The notes beneath the pieces were generated by a model. It was not told where the DNA came from and did not search any database. It was given only the letters and a program-made list of their open reading frames with translations. A DNA stretch of 64,000 nucleotides from the human T2T-CHM13v2.0 reference genome, Homo sapiens. The translations under genes were made by a program, and so were the position numbers. The stretch is from assembly GCF_009914755.1 (NCBI RefSeq), contig NC_060947.1. The stretch is one strand, 5' to 3'. Positions 42,901 through 54,335 of the stretch are shown one piece after another. The first letter of the stretch is position 1. Every line of letters begins with the position of its first letter.

Positions 42901-45900
42901 ACAAGGCATAACAATTCTAAATATACACATACCTAACATTGGAGCACCCAGATATATAAAACAAAATGCTACTACAACCAACAAAAGAGATAGACAGCAA
43001 GACAATAACAATAGGGGACTTCAACACCCCACTGAAAACACTGCACAGATTATTCAGTAAAACTTCAACAAAGAAACACTTGACAGAAATTGGTCTTTAG
43101 ACCAAATGAAATTAATAGATATTTAAGGAATATTCCACACCAACCAAAGAATATACATTCTTCTTATCATACATGTAACATAATCAAAGATACCATATTT
43201 TAGGCCACCAAACAAATCTCAATAAATTTTAGAAAATTAAAATTATATCAAATATTTTCTCAGACTACAGTGCAATAAAACTAGGTGTGAATTGGAAGAG
43301 GAACTCTCAAGACTATACAAATACATGAAAGTTAAGCAACATGGTCCTGAATGACCATATGGTCAAAAATGAAATTAAGATGGAAATTTACAAAGTTTTC
43401 AAAATTAATGAAACTGGGGACACAATATACCAAATCATCTAGGATATGGTAAAAGCATTGCTAAGAGGGAAGTTTATAGCATCCAGTACCTACACTCCCT
43501 CCAAAAAAAAGGAAAAATCACAAATTAATAACCTAACTTCACATCTCAAGCAACTGAAAAAACAAACAAACAAACCCAAAGCTAGCAGAAGAAAAAAAAT
43601 AAGATCAGAGTAGAAGTAAGTGAAAGAGGTAAAAAAAGTACAAAAGATCAAGAAAATGAAACATTTCTGCTTTGAAAAGATAAACAAGATTGATAGAATG
43701 TTAGTCTTCTAACCAAGAAAAGAAGAGATAAGATTCAAACATGCACAATCAGAAATGGAAAAGAAAACATTACAACTGAAACCACAGAAATACAAAAGAT
43801 CATCGGAGTAATATGAACATATGAACATCTCTATGCTCACAAACTAGAAAATCTAGAGGAAAGTGATAGATTCCTGGAAACATATAACCTCCCAAGATTA
43901 AACTAGCAAGAAATTGAAATTTTGAACAGACCATACCGAGGAGTGAGATTGAATCAGTAACAAAAAAATCTCCCGACAAAGAAAAGCTCAGGACCAGATA
44001 GATTACAGCTATCAGAGATACAAAGAATTGGTAGCAATCCTACTGAAACTGTTCCAAAAATAGAGGGGGAGGGAATCCTCCAGAAATAATTCTATAAAGC
44101 CAGTATCATCCTGACACCAAAGCCAGGTAACAACACAATAAAAATGAAAACAATAGACAAATGTTCCTGATAAACATAGATGCAAAAAGCCTCAACAAAA
44201 TACTAGCAAGGCAAATCCAACAGTATTAACAAAAAGATAATACATCACAATCAAGTGGATTTATTCTAGGTATGCAAGGATGGTTCAATATATGGAAATA
44301 AATAAATGTGATTTATCACATAAACACAATTAAAAACAAAAACCAAATGAGCATTTCAATAGATGCAGAAAAAGCATTTGATAAAATTCATCATCCTTTC
44401 ATGTTAAAAATTTCCAACAAACTAGACACAGAAAGAACACACCCCAAGATAATAAAAGCCATATAAGACAAACCCACAGTCAACATCATCATGAGCAGGG
44501 ACAAGTTGAAAGAATTCCTCCCAAGAAATACAACAAGACAAGGATGACCACTTTTACCAATTATATTTAATATAGTATTTTAAATCCTGGGCAGAGCAAT
44601 CAAGCAAGAGAAAAAAATAAAAGACATTTTAATTAGAAAATAGGAAAACAAATCATTTCTGTTTGCTGATGATATGAACTTATACCTAGAAAATTCTAAA
44701 GACCCTGCCAAAAGACTGGTGGATTTGACAAATGCATTCAGTGAAGTTTCTGGATACAAAATTAATATACATAAATCAGTAGCATTTTTATACACCAACA
44801 ACACAGTCAAGCTGAGAGCAAAATTAAAATGTCAATCTCATTTAAAATTGCTATAAAAGTAAAATAAAATACCTGGGAATACATTTAACAGTGAAGGTGA
44901 AAGATCTCTACAAGGAAAGTACAAAATAATGCTAAAAGAAATTTTAGATGATGCAAACAAATAGAAAAACTTCCCATGCTCATGGATTGGAAGAACCAAT
45001 ATCATTATAATTACCATGCTGCCCATAGAAATCTACAGATTTAATGCAAAGCCTATCAAAATACCAATGTCATTTTCACAAATTAGATAAAACAATCCTA
45101 AAATTAATATAGAACCAAAAAAAGAGCTCAAATAGTCAAAGTAATCCTAAGCAAAAAGGAACAAAGCTGGAGGCATCACATTACCTGACTTCAAATTCTA
45201 CAACAAGAGTACAGTAAGCAAAACGGCATGGTACTGGTACTCATAGATCAATGGAACTAGATAGAGAGCCCGGAAATAAGGCCACATACGTATAGCCAAC
45301 AGGTCTTTGACAAGGTTGACAACATACACTGAGCAAAGTACATTCTATTCAATAAATGGTTCTGGGAAGACTGGATAGCCATATGCAGAAGAATAAAACT
45401 GAACTAATATCTTTTACTATATAAAAAATTAAATCAAATGGATTAAAGACTTAAAAGATCTATAACTATAAAATTTCTAAAAGAAATTCTAGGAAAAACT
45501 CTCATTTCCATTGGCTTAGGCAAAAAAATTATGACTAAGACCTCAAAAGCAAATAAAACTAAAACAAAAAATAGACTAATGTGACCTAATTAAACTGAAA
45601 AGCTTCTGCATAGGAAAAGAAATAATTAACAGAGTAAACAGGCAACCTATAGAGTGGGAAAAATGTTGCAATTATGCATCCAACAAAGGACTGAAATCCA
45701 GAATCTGTAAGGATCTCAAACAACTCAACAACAACAAAAATCCAAATAACCCCTCTAAAAAGTGGGCAAAGGACACGAACAGACATTTTGCAAAAGAAGA
45801 CATACAAATGGCCAAAAAGCATGTGGAAAAATGCTCAACACCACTAATCCTCAGAGAAACACACATTGAAACAACAATAAAATACCACCTTGTACCAGTC

Positions 45901-46598
45901 AGAATGGCTGTTAAAAAATGTTAAAAAATAGATGTTGTCAAGGATGCAGAGAAAAGGGAACACTTATATACTGTTGGTGGTAATGTAAATTAGTACAACC
46001 TCTATATAAAAGAGTATGGAGATATTGTAAAGTCCTAAAAATAGGACTACCGTTTGATCTAGCAATCTCAATACTGGGTATCTGCTAAAAGAAACATTAA
46101 TCATTATATCAAAAAGATACCTGCACTCATATGTTTATTGCAGTACTATTCACAATAGCAAAGATATGGAGTCAACTTAAGTGCCCATCAACAGATGACA
46201 GGATAAAGAAAATGTCTTATATGTATACTATGAAATACTACTTTGCCATTAAAAAAAAGAATGAAATCATTCCTTTGCAGCAACATGAATGGAACTGGAA
46301 TTCATTACCTTAATGAAACAGTTTAGCGACAGAAAATCAAATACCACATGTTCTGTCTATAAGTGGGAAAGTGGGGGCTAAGTAATGTGTATACATGGAC
46401 ATACAGAGTGGAATAATAGACATGGGAGATTTGAAAGGTGAGAGACTGGGAGGAGGTGTGAAGGAAAAGGAATTAGCTAATGGGTACAATGTACACTTAC
46501 TCAAGTGATGGTTACACTGGATGCCCAGACTGTACAACTATGCAATATATCCATGTAAAAAAACTGGCTTGTACCCCCCTAAATCTATATTTTAAAAA
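39994..46598 (+). mobile_element. Near full-length L1PB3/4-like element
   Basis: 5' CAAGGTGGCAGATTAG, ORF1 (ENFSSLARDLDIQIQEAQRT), ORF2 ([11 protein letters not shown]), 3'UTR GGGTACAATGTACAC...GCCCAGACT. Confidence 0.85.
40333..40903 (-). mobile_element. MLT2A2 solo LTR (HERV-L)
   Basis: TGTATTAAGTCAGGGTTCTCCAGAGG start, CCAATCAAGTTGACACCTAATATTAA end; TSD GGAGA/GGGGA. Confidence 0.9.
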
Positions 46599-46599
46599 A

Positions 46600-46972
46600 T
46601 TCATCATATGCTTTTTTTCAGTGAATGGAAATTTTTGACAAAGAAACACCTTTTTATTTTATTTTATTTTTTTTTTCAGAAAAATACCTTTGTAAGTCAA
46701 TCTTGATAACATGTTATCTGAACATTTTTCTTTCTCCACTGGACCCTAATAGACAAATTGAGAAATCTTGCAATAAAAGGCAAATTTAAGAATTCTTTAA
46801 GGTGCATCATGAAGTGTTATCTTTCAGGAAATGGAAGTGTTTTTGACAGATAAAAACCTTCCCAAGCTAACCTTGAGAAGATGTTATTAGACCATGTTTC
46901 TTTCTCCACTGGGATCTATTAGGACAAATTCAGAAATTCAACAATGAAAACCAAATGTAAGCATGCTTTCTT
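46600..46972. repeat. Diverged dimer of a ~170-bp unit
   Basis: CTTTCTCCACTGG at 46730 and 46900; GACAAATT(G/C)AGAAAT, TTTTTGACA and CATCAT also recur in both halves. Confidence 0.75.
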
Positions 46973-48509
46973 TTTAAAATTACAATAATACTGACTTTCA
47001 TATTTCCCCATCTACTTGTATGTACCAAAAATTGTAATACCATTTAGTGGCTATTAGGTACTATCTAGTGTATTTGCATTGCAACCTGAAACATTCCCTT
47101 TGCATGTTTTGTAGGGCAAGTGTAGAGATAATGGACTCCCTGGGCTTTTGTTTACCTGGGAATATGTTAATTTCTCCCTCATTTTTAATAATATTTTTTC
47201 TGGATATAGAATTCTCAGTTAACAGTTTTGTTTTTCTTGTAGCACTTTAAATACGTACTCCCACTGCATCCTGGCATCCAAGGTTTATGCTAAGAAATCA
47301 GCAAAAAATCTCACTGTGGATCCCTCGTAGGTTATAAGTCTCTTTTCAATTGTTAATTTCAAGATAATCTTTTTGTCTTTAGTTTTCAACGGTTTGATAA
47401 TAATATGTCTTGGTGTAAGTCTCTTTGGATTTATCCTGTTCTGAGTTCTGTGACTTTCTTGGATTTGTATAGTCATGTTTTCAACAAATTTGGGGAATTT
47501 TCCACCACCAATTTTAAAATCTCTCTACCCCATTTCTTTTATCTTCTCCTTCTGGAATTTCCATAATGCACATGTAAGTTGACTTGATGGTATACAATAA
47601 TTCCTTGAGGCTTCATTTTACTTTCCTTCATTATTTTATTTCTGCTCCTTATGCTCCATAATTTTAAATGTCCTATCTTCATGTTTACTGATTATTTCTT
47701 CTGCCTTCTCAAATTTGCTCTTGAACACTTCTGTTGAATATTTAAACATATTTGTTGGAAATAGATTGAACTCTAGAATCTATTTGGTTCCTTTTCATAA
47801 TTTGGGTCTCTGTTGAGATTCTCACATTGTTGATATATACTTTTCCCAATTTTCTTTAGTCTTCTTTTAAGTTTTTCTTTAAATCTTTGAGCATATTTAA
47901 GATAATTGTTTTATAATATTTTTCTAGTAATTCTGATGCCTATTCTTCTTTCAGGACATTTTCTGCCTATTTATTTTCTTCCTTTGAATAGCCCAGATTT
48001 TCGTGGTTCTTTGTCTTGTGGTTTTCATTGTTATTGAATATTGAGTATTTGAAAAAACAACCACATCTCTCAGCATTTGCAAACTGGGCTCTCTGCCAGG
48101 TAGCTCTGCACTAATTAGCTAGGCAAGTTCTTACTCCTGGGAGCAGCTTGACACAAAAGCTTAATATCTCCTAAAGTCATGTGTCTCCTTTGGGCCTGTG
48201 TGTTGCTTTTATAATTCCCTCATATACACAGTTGATTTTCAATTCCTTTCTCCCTCATCCCCGGAATGTCTTACCCCTGCTTCTCCTCAGTGCCTTAGAT
48301 GGTCTATCGTATGTCTCCATCAATAATTTCTTGCCCCAGACATTTTCAAGTCTGTAGTCTTCCTGAAGCTTTTTATGAGCACTTCCTGTTACTCTTCTGT
48401 CTGAGCTTCAAGCTAGGTGAAACAGAGGCCAGTTCCTCAAGCATCCCCGACACTGGTTAGAACATTGCAAATAACATTTGCTCCTCTCTCTCCAGTTTGA
48501 GGTAGATAG

Positions 48510-49088
48510 AAAGTATCTCCCCCTCAGTCCACTCTCATTTATATAAGGTAGGTTTATATAGATACAGAACTAAAGGGCTATCTTGACCACTAGGCAGTAC
48601 AGCTGGATTTATTCTTAATTCCAAATTTTCTGGACAGGTTAAAGACACAACCCACCCCATCAGGCCTTTTGTAATCCAACATAAAGACGAAAAAATATGG
48701 GTACACCTCCTTGCTTTGGAATTAACCTTTTTCTGACAGTTGCAGCTGCAGCCTCGGTCCTGGGGCCACTGCATCAGGCAGAAAAAAACAAAGTTAAGGA
48801 GATGTAGGGAAGAGAGAAAGAAAAGTAAATTATAGTCATCATACTAGCATCCTCCCACCTTCCCCAGCAGTAGTGGGGATGGGGGAGAAACAGGTTAATT
48901 TTATCTATTGGGGATACTCCCTTTGCCCTCCTCATGTTGAGTGTGAGTGCATACTTCATGAAAACATGTAAGCCAGCCCTTCAAGCCTGTATCTCCCCTC
49001 GTTTTAAGTAATCAAGGTTTCAATTGCCCATTCTAATCCTCTATCAAACTATTATTTTGAAGAGGACACCTCTCTGCCCATTATTGGA
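48510..49088 (-). mobile_element. Isolated ERVL (MER21-int-like) internal fragment
   Basis: Reverse-complement match to 56430-56990; ORF-track peptides shared between the two (NMRxAKGVSPIDK, GWVVSLTCPE, VLPSxQDS). Confidence 0.85.
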
Positions 49089-50589
49089 CTTTTTTTTTTC
49101 TTCTTTTTGGTTTTTCTTTACTTTTGCCTTTTTCTCTTTTCTTTTTTTATATTTCTGTGGGGAAATGAGGACCTAGAACTTTCTAGTCTGCCATATTCCT
49201 GATGTTACTCCTCCCTTGCCTAAATCTTGAAGAGCAGAGATCTCAACTGGCGTTTGGTTTAGATAAAGCTGGCATACAACTTGAAACAGTGCTTAATATT
49301 GAAATCTTTATTAGTCGTATTATTTACAAGAATTTGAGTTATACTATAATGTAACTCTGTTACTTAAAGACTTACATAGAAAACATAGAATCTTAGCCCA
49401 AGTAGAGTGCTATATTTGAAGTTTCTATTTCTGTGGTAAAATGAGAGTACCCAGTACGTGCTAAGAGGAAACAAGAATGACAGATGGTATTAGGAGAAGG
49501 ATTCATAGCAATCATTGAAAGAGGAAATAGGTAGTCACCAAGCGTTACCATTTTCCTCACAATTTTTCTTTTGACCAGCTTTGCTTCTTTCCCCAAACCT
49601 TCTAATACTACAGAAAATGACCAGGAACCAAATGGTCATTAACGGCTCACTCAGATAAAAGTGGATATCCTTTCATTTTTTCACCATGGCTCTTTATTTT
49701 ATTTTTACTATATGAAGACAAACCAAACAGCCAACTAGAATTAGTTTATCAAGCTCTAATATCCCACTTATATCTAAAATTCTCCAGTTATAAGAGTTGC
49801 ATATTATAAATATAAGTATGTCAGAGAAGAAGAATCACAAAGGAATATTCAAGGCTTTTTCCAAGTAAAGAGGATTCTTTGATATCTAGATTTCTAGGCC
49901 ACCGTAGTGTAGATTAGGTTAATACGTGAATGAAAGGACTAAAAACCAGATTAGTTCACTTATCAAAATGATTAAATGGGCTGAGAGTTTTCTATGGAAG
50001 AGAAAAGTATAAATGCAAAGAGAAAAGCAAGATACAATATTAAAAAAAGATAAAGCCAGTATCTCCTGGCTTTGAAAAAAAGCTTGCGGTATTCATGAAG
50101 AAATGTATAGGGATTGGGGTTATCTGCTTTGCTGAGGCAAATGGAATTTTAGCTGATAGATGGCTAGAGAGAATTTTTTTTTAAGTTTTACTGGGTGTTA
50201 TGAATAGAAACTCTCTTTAGAATGTTCTGAAAGTCTTTTGTAAAGAATTATTATATGTTAGACAAATATTCTATACCACAAAAATTATGCTGATCCTTGG
50301 GTCACAAGAAAGTTTGTCTTTATGCAGACTACATAACTAAATAGTCTGTGTCTAATTTGTTGTTCTACATACAAAAATAGTCTATTCTTTTTCTTTATTT
50401 TCTGGAAATTTTTGTATCAACTATTATAGTATGTGTTCTGCTATAAATAACTGAAAATATAAGCTTGTTTAAATTTACTGGGATTTATAGGATTTACAGC
50501 CTGATGGATCTGTAAGTCCAGAAGAAAGTTATACAGTACCACCTAAGAGAAAAACATGCTTGATTATAAAAAAATTAATCTCTTGAGAA

Positions 50590-50841
50590 CTTCAAGGAAG
50601 AGAATTGAGATTCATCCTTATTGGTCCACTTAAGTGACATGCCAAACCCAGAACCAATGACCTGGCCACGCCAGAATAATGAAATATGCTAATTGGCTTA
50701 CATTGCTCCTAGTACTGGGTCTTGTGTCAGCTCCCCTCATTCCAAAGTACATCAAGAGAAAAGGAGGATGGATGAAAATGTGGATTCAAGAAAGAAGAAT
50801 GATTATAGATCCTAGGTAAGCTAATACCAACATCCACTACA
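50590..50841 (-). mobile_element. Old MLT1 (K/L-like) LTR fragment
   Basis: ATTGGTCCACTTAAGTGACATGCC...GAACCAATGAC...CATCCACTACA. Confidence 0.5.
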
Positions 50842-51499
50842 GTTACAGTTCATACTCAGATTTCGCTGATATCTTCAACAAGGCCATACAATTTGCAAAT
50901 TGATCATTAATTTCTAATTCTCTTATTGAATGTTTATAATCAACAGGGATACTTAGTTATTCTTTTTTAAGCCCATAAACAAATGACTCAGTGCTTAACT
51001 TTCTTAAAAAATGATTAATGTAACATTCTACAGTAAAATTTCATAGGGTCAGAAACTTGAGTTTATTTCATGCATCTATATTTTCCTAGATCTATAAACT
51101 TGAGTGACTCATTTAACAGCTCTGATTCACAGGTTTCTTTTCTCTGCATCATGAAGATTATTGTCATCCTTGTCCTTCAGAGCAAAGACTTGTCAACACG
51201 TTGCTACCGGACACTTAACAATAGGGGTTGACATTTTAGGTAAAAGGTAAAACTAGAAGCCTATATGATGAAATTTGGATCAAAATATATTCTATATTCT
51301 TCAGTCATAGAAGAGAATACTATTCCCCATTCTTCTGATTTCTCTGCAGTGAGATCCACTACAAGCTAATTTTTCTGGTCTCTTTCTTGCTTCATATCTT
51401 TTACTCATTCTTTTGAATAAGGAGAATGTTACCTGGTTCATGGGAAACAGCCATTTATCCTTCTTTTTTTGATTGTGTAGAATTAATTTATTAAAATAT

Positions 51500-51800
51500 T
51501 CTATGTGCTGAATTATGTGCCACCAAAATTTACATATTCAACCCTTAACCACCACTGTGATGTGTATTTGATGATAGGACCTTTAAGAGGTAATTAAGGT
51601 TAAATGAGTTCATTAGGTTGGGGCCCTAATCCAATAGGGCTGGTGCTCTTACAAGAAGAGAAAGAGACGTAGACATCACTCCTCAATATGTAGACACATC
51701 AAGAAGGCAGCCGTCTGCAAGCCAGGAAGAAAGATCTCACCAGAACCTGACCATGCTGGCACTCTAATCTTAGACTTCCAGCCTCCAGAACTGTGAGAGG

Positions 51801-51841
<41 letters not shown>

Positions 51842-51918
51842 CATTTGTGTTGTTTAAGTCATTCATTCTGTGGCATTTGCATTTGCCATTGTTATGGCAG
51901 TCCAAGCTGACAAATACC
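51500..51918 (+). mobile_element. MLT1A-type LTR containing an A40 tract
   Basis: GGTAATTAAGGTTAAATGAG, GGGGCCCTAATCCAATAGG, GACTTCCAGCCTCCAGAACTGTGAGA. Confidence 0.88.
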
Positions 51919-51924
51919 AAAGGT

Positions 51925-54335
51925 TACAACACTTTATCACATCAGTGAAAAATGCAGAGCAGAGAACTCTAAGGGCCTGTCTGTCCATAAAAATAATGGG
52001 AAAATAAGCAAAAAACTCTAAAAAATCTTTGTGGGAACTCTGAAAAATAGTTAAAGGTTTACAGAAACCAAGCCAATGTTGAATAAAGTAAAAGACGATT
52101 TAAACATTTTAGGAGAGCTTTGTGGCTTTATAATATACCCTACCATCCCCTTCTCTGCTCAGTGGCAGTTTTGAAGCCAGCAGCCCAAATTTCAGGTATG
52201 TGTCCTTACTTCTGGAGGGAGAAGAGTAAACTTTCTTCTCACTGAATTATGTTTTACTTTTCTGGCCTGTCTGAAGACTTCCTGAAGGACTGAAACAAGG
52301 TGCTTGCCATCTTTTGCCTTACACAGAACTTTCTGACAGTAGAAAAGTGGCTAAGGAGAGGACTTTTCTCAAAAACATAGGCTAATGAACAAGCCATCGT
52401 CACTTCTCATCTAAAAGGATAGAGTAGTCACCAAAAGTTATCATTTCCTTCATAATTGTTCTTTTGGCAAGATTTCTGCCTTTCCCACAATCTTCCAATA
52501 CTATAGAAACTGACAAAAGTACCCCTGAAAATGGTCATTTTAGCAGCACAATAAAATAAAATGTTCTCTATGTTTTGCTGTGGTACCTTACATCATTTTT
52601 ACTCTGTGGAGACCTGGAATAGAAGAATACAGTTTGGACAAATATAGAAATACTGAAAGCTAAAAGTAAAAGTTGGAGAGGAATGCAATAGGGAATATGG
52701 GCTTTGAAAAGCTCTTATATATGCCAAAGATCTAGAAGCTAGGTGCATGCCCAGGACAGAATGCATGAAACCGCCATTGAAAAACTGTAACTAAAACAGT
52801 GAAAGAGATATGACCTAACCAACTCCATCTTGCTTCTAACCTCCAATCTGTCTTTGTCCATTCCGGGGTGTAGGCTGAACTAACTTTGAGAGGAACTTAG
52901 ATTATAGCTTAAAAAGGCTGAACTAACTTTAGGAGGAACTTAGTTTATAGTTTGAAACCAAAATGATTACAGCTATTTTCCAAAACAAAACTCCTTCTTG
53001 CCTGAGGACTAGACTGCCTTTGTAGGACTAACAAATTAGCCAGAAGATTGGAAAATATGGTTTAGGAGTCATACACCTGGAGGCTACAAGATTCTGACAC
53101 TCCCTAAACTGCTCCTAAGATCAGTGCTTGAGATATTTTGCAAACCCTGCATTTGATGTATCAAGTGGCACCAACCAGATCTATTAACTGGCTTACCTGG
53201 TCTTGTGGCCCCAACCCAGGAACGGACTCAGCACAAGAAGACAGCTTCAGTTCCCTATGATTTCATCTCCTACCTAACCAGTCAGCACTCCTGGCTCACT
53301 GGCCTCCCCCCACCAAGTTGTCCTTAAAAACTCTCATCCCTGAATGCTCTGGAGGCTGATTTGAGTAATAATAAAACTCTGGTCTCCACACAGCCGGTGC
53401 TGCATGAATTACTCTTTCTCTATTGCAATTCCCCTTTCTTGATAAATTGGCTCTAAATAGCAAGCACGGTGAACCCACTGTGTGGTTACATGCATGTTGG
53501 GAAAAGAACTGGTAAGAACCTAGACTTTTACTACCAGCTGATCGTCCGCTCAGCAAAACCAAAAATTGAAGGCTAAAACAGAATTATAAATAATATTGAA
53601 AGAGTGCTTTAACATAGAACCAATCTGCAAAAATGTGGTATTTTTTTTTCATTTTCCTACCTTTGTCTGACTCCAGGCATTTAAGGGAACTTTTCAAATA
53701 ACTAGATAATCACAAGCTAAAAGAACAAAGATTGCAGAGACCACACAGGACAGTGAATACGGTCTATACAAAAATAGTTCAGAAAAGTCACTAATCAGAC
53801 TGCAACAACCCACAGCAAGCAAGAATAACAAAACTCTTAGCACGGGAAGAATTTGATAACCACATTTGTCACATTATGCAAAATGTCCAATTTTCAATAA
53901 AAAATACAAACCAATTTTTTTAAAAAAAGAAAATATGGCTTACTCATAAGAAAAAAGGAAATTAACATAAACTATCTTTGAAAAAACATATCTATTGTAC
54001 TTGTTGTACAAATATTTTAAGTCAATTATGTTAAATATTCTCAGAAATAAAGGAAACCATGGACAAAGACCTAAAGAAAACCAAGAAAATGATGTCTCCA
54101 CAAATAGAGAATGTTGTTAAAAGATTGAATTTTTTTTTTTTTAAAAAAAGCAAATAGAAATTCTGGACCTTAAAAATACAAGTGATGATATGGAAATTTG
54201 ATTAGAGGATTTTAATAACGGTGTTGGTAGGCAGAAGAAAGAATCAGTGAACGTGAAGATAGATCAATCGAAATTATCCATCTTGAGGAGGAGAACAAAA
54301 AGGAGAAAAGAAAAATGAACGGAGCCTAAGAGGCC
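51925..54335 (+). mobile_element. L1M (MC/MD-like) 5'UTR and ORF1 start
   Basis: ORF1-like AAATAGAAATTCTGGA...GCAGAAGAAAGAATCAGTGAACGTGAAGATAGATCAATCGAAATTATCCA. Confidence 0.7.
52766..53490 (+). mobile_element. LTR8 solo LTR (ERV1) with an internal ~42-bp tandem duplication
   Basis: TGAAACCGCC...GGTTACA termini, 4-bp TSD TGCA at 52762-52765 and 53491-53494. Confidence 0.9.

Noticed and set aside
46600-46972. 170-bp dimer as alpha satellite
   Set aside because: Only short patches resemble the alphoid consensus and their spacing does not match; kept as an unassigned repeat
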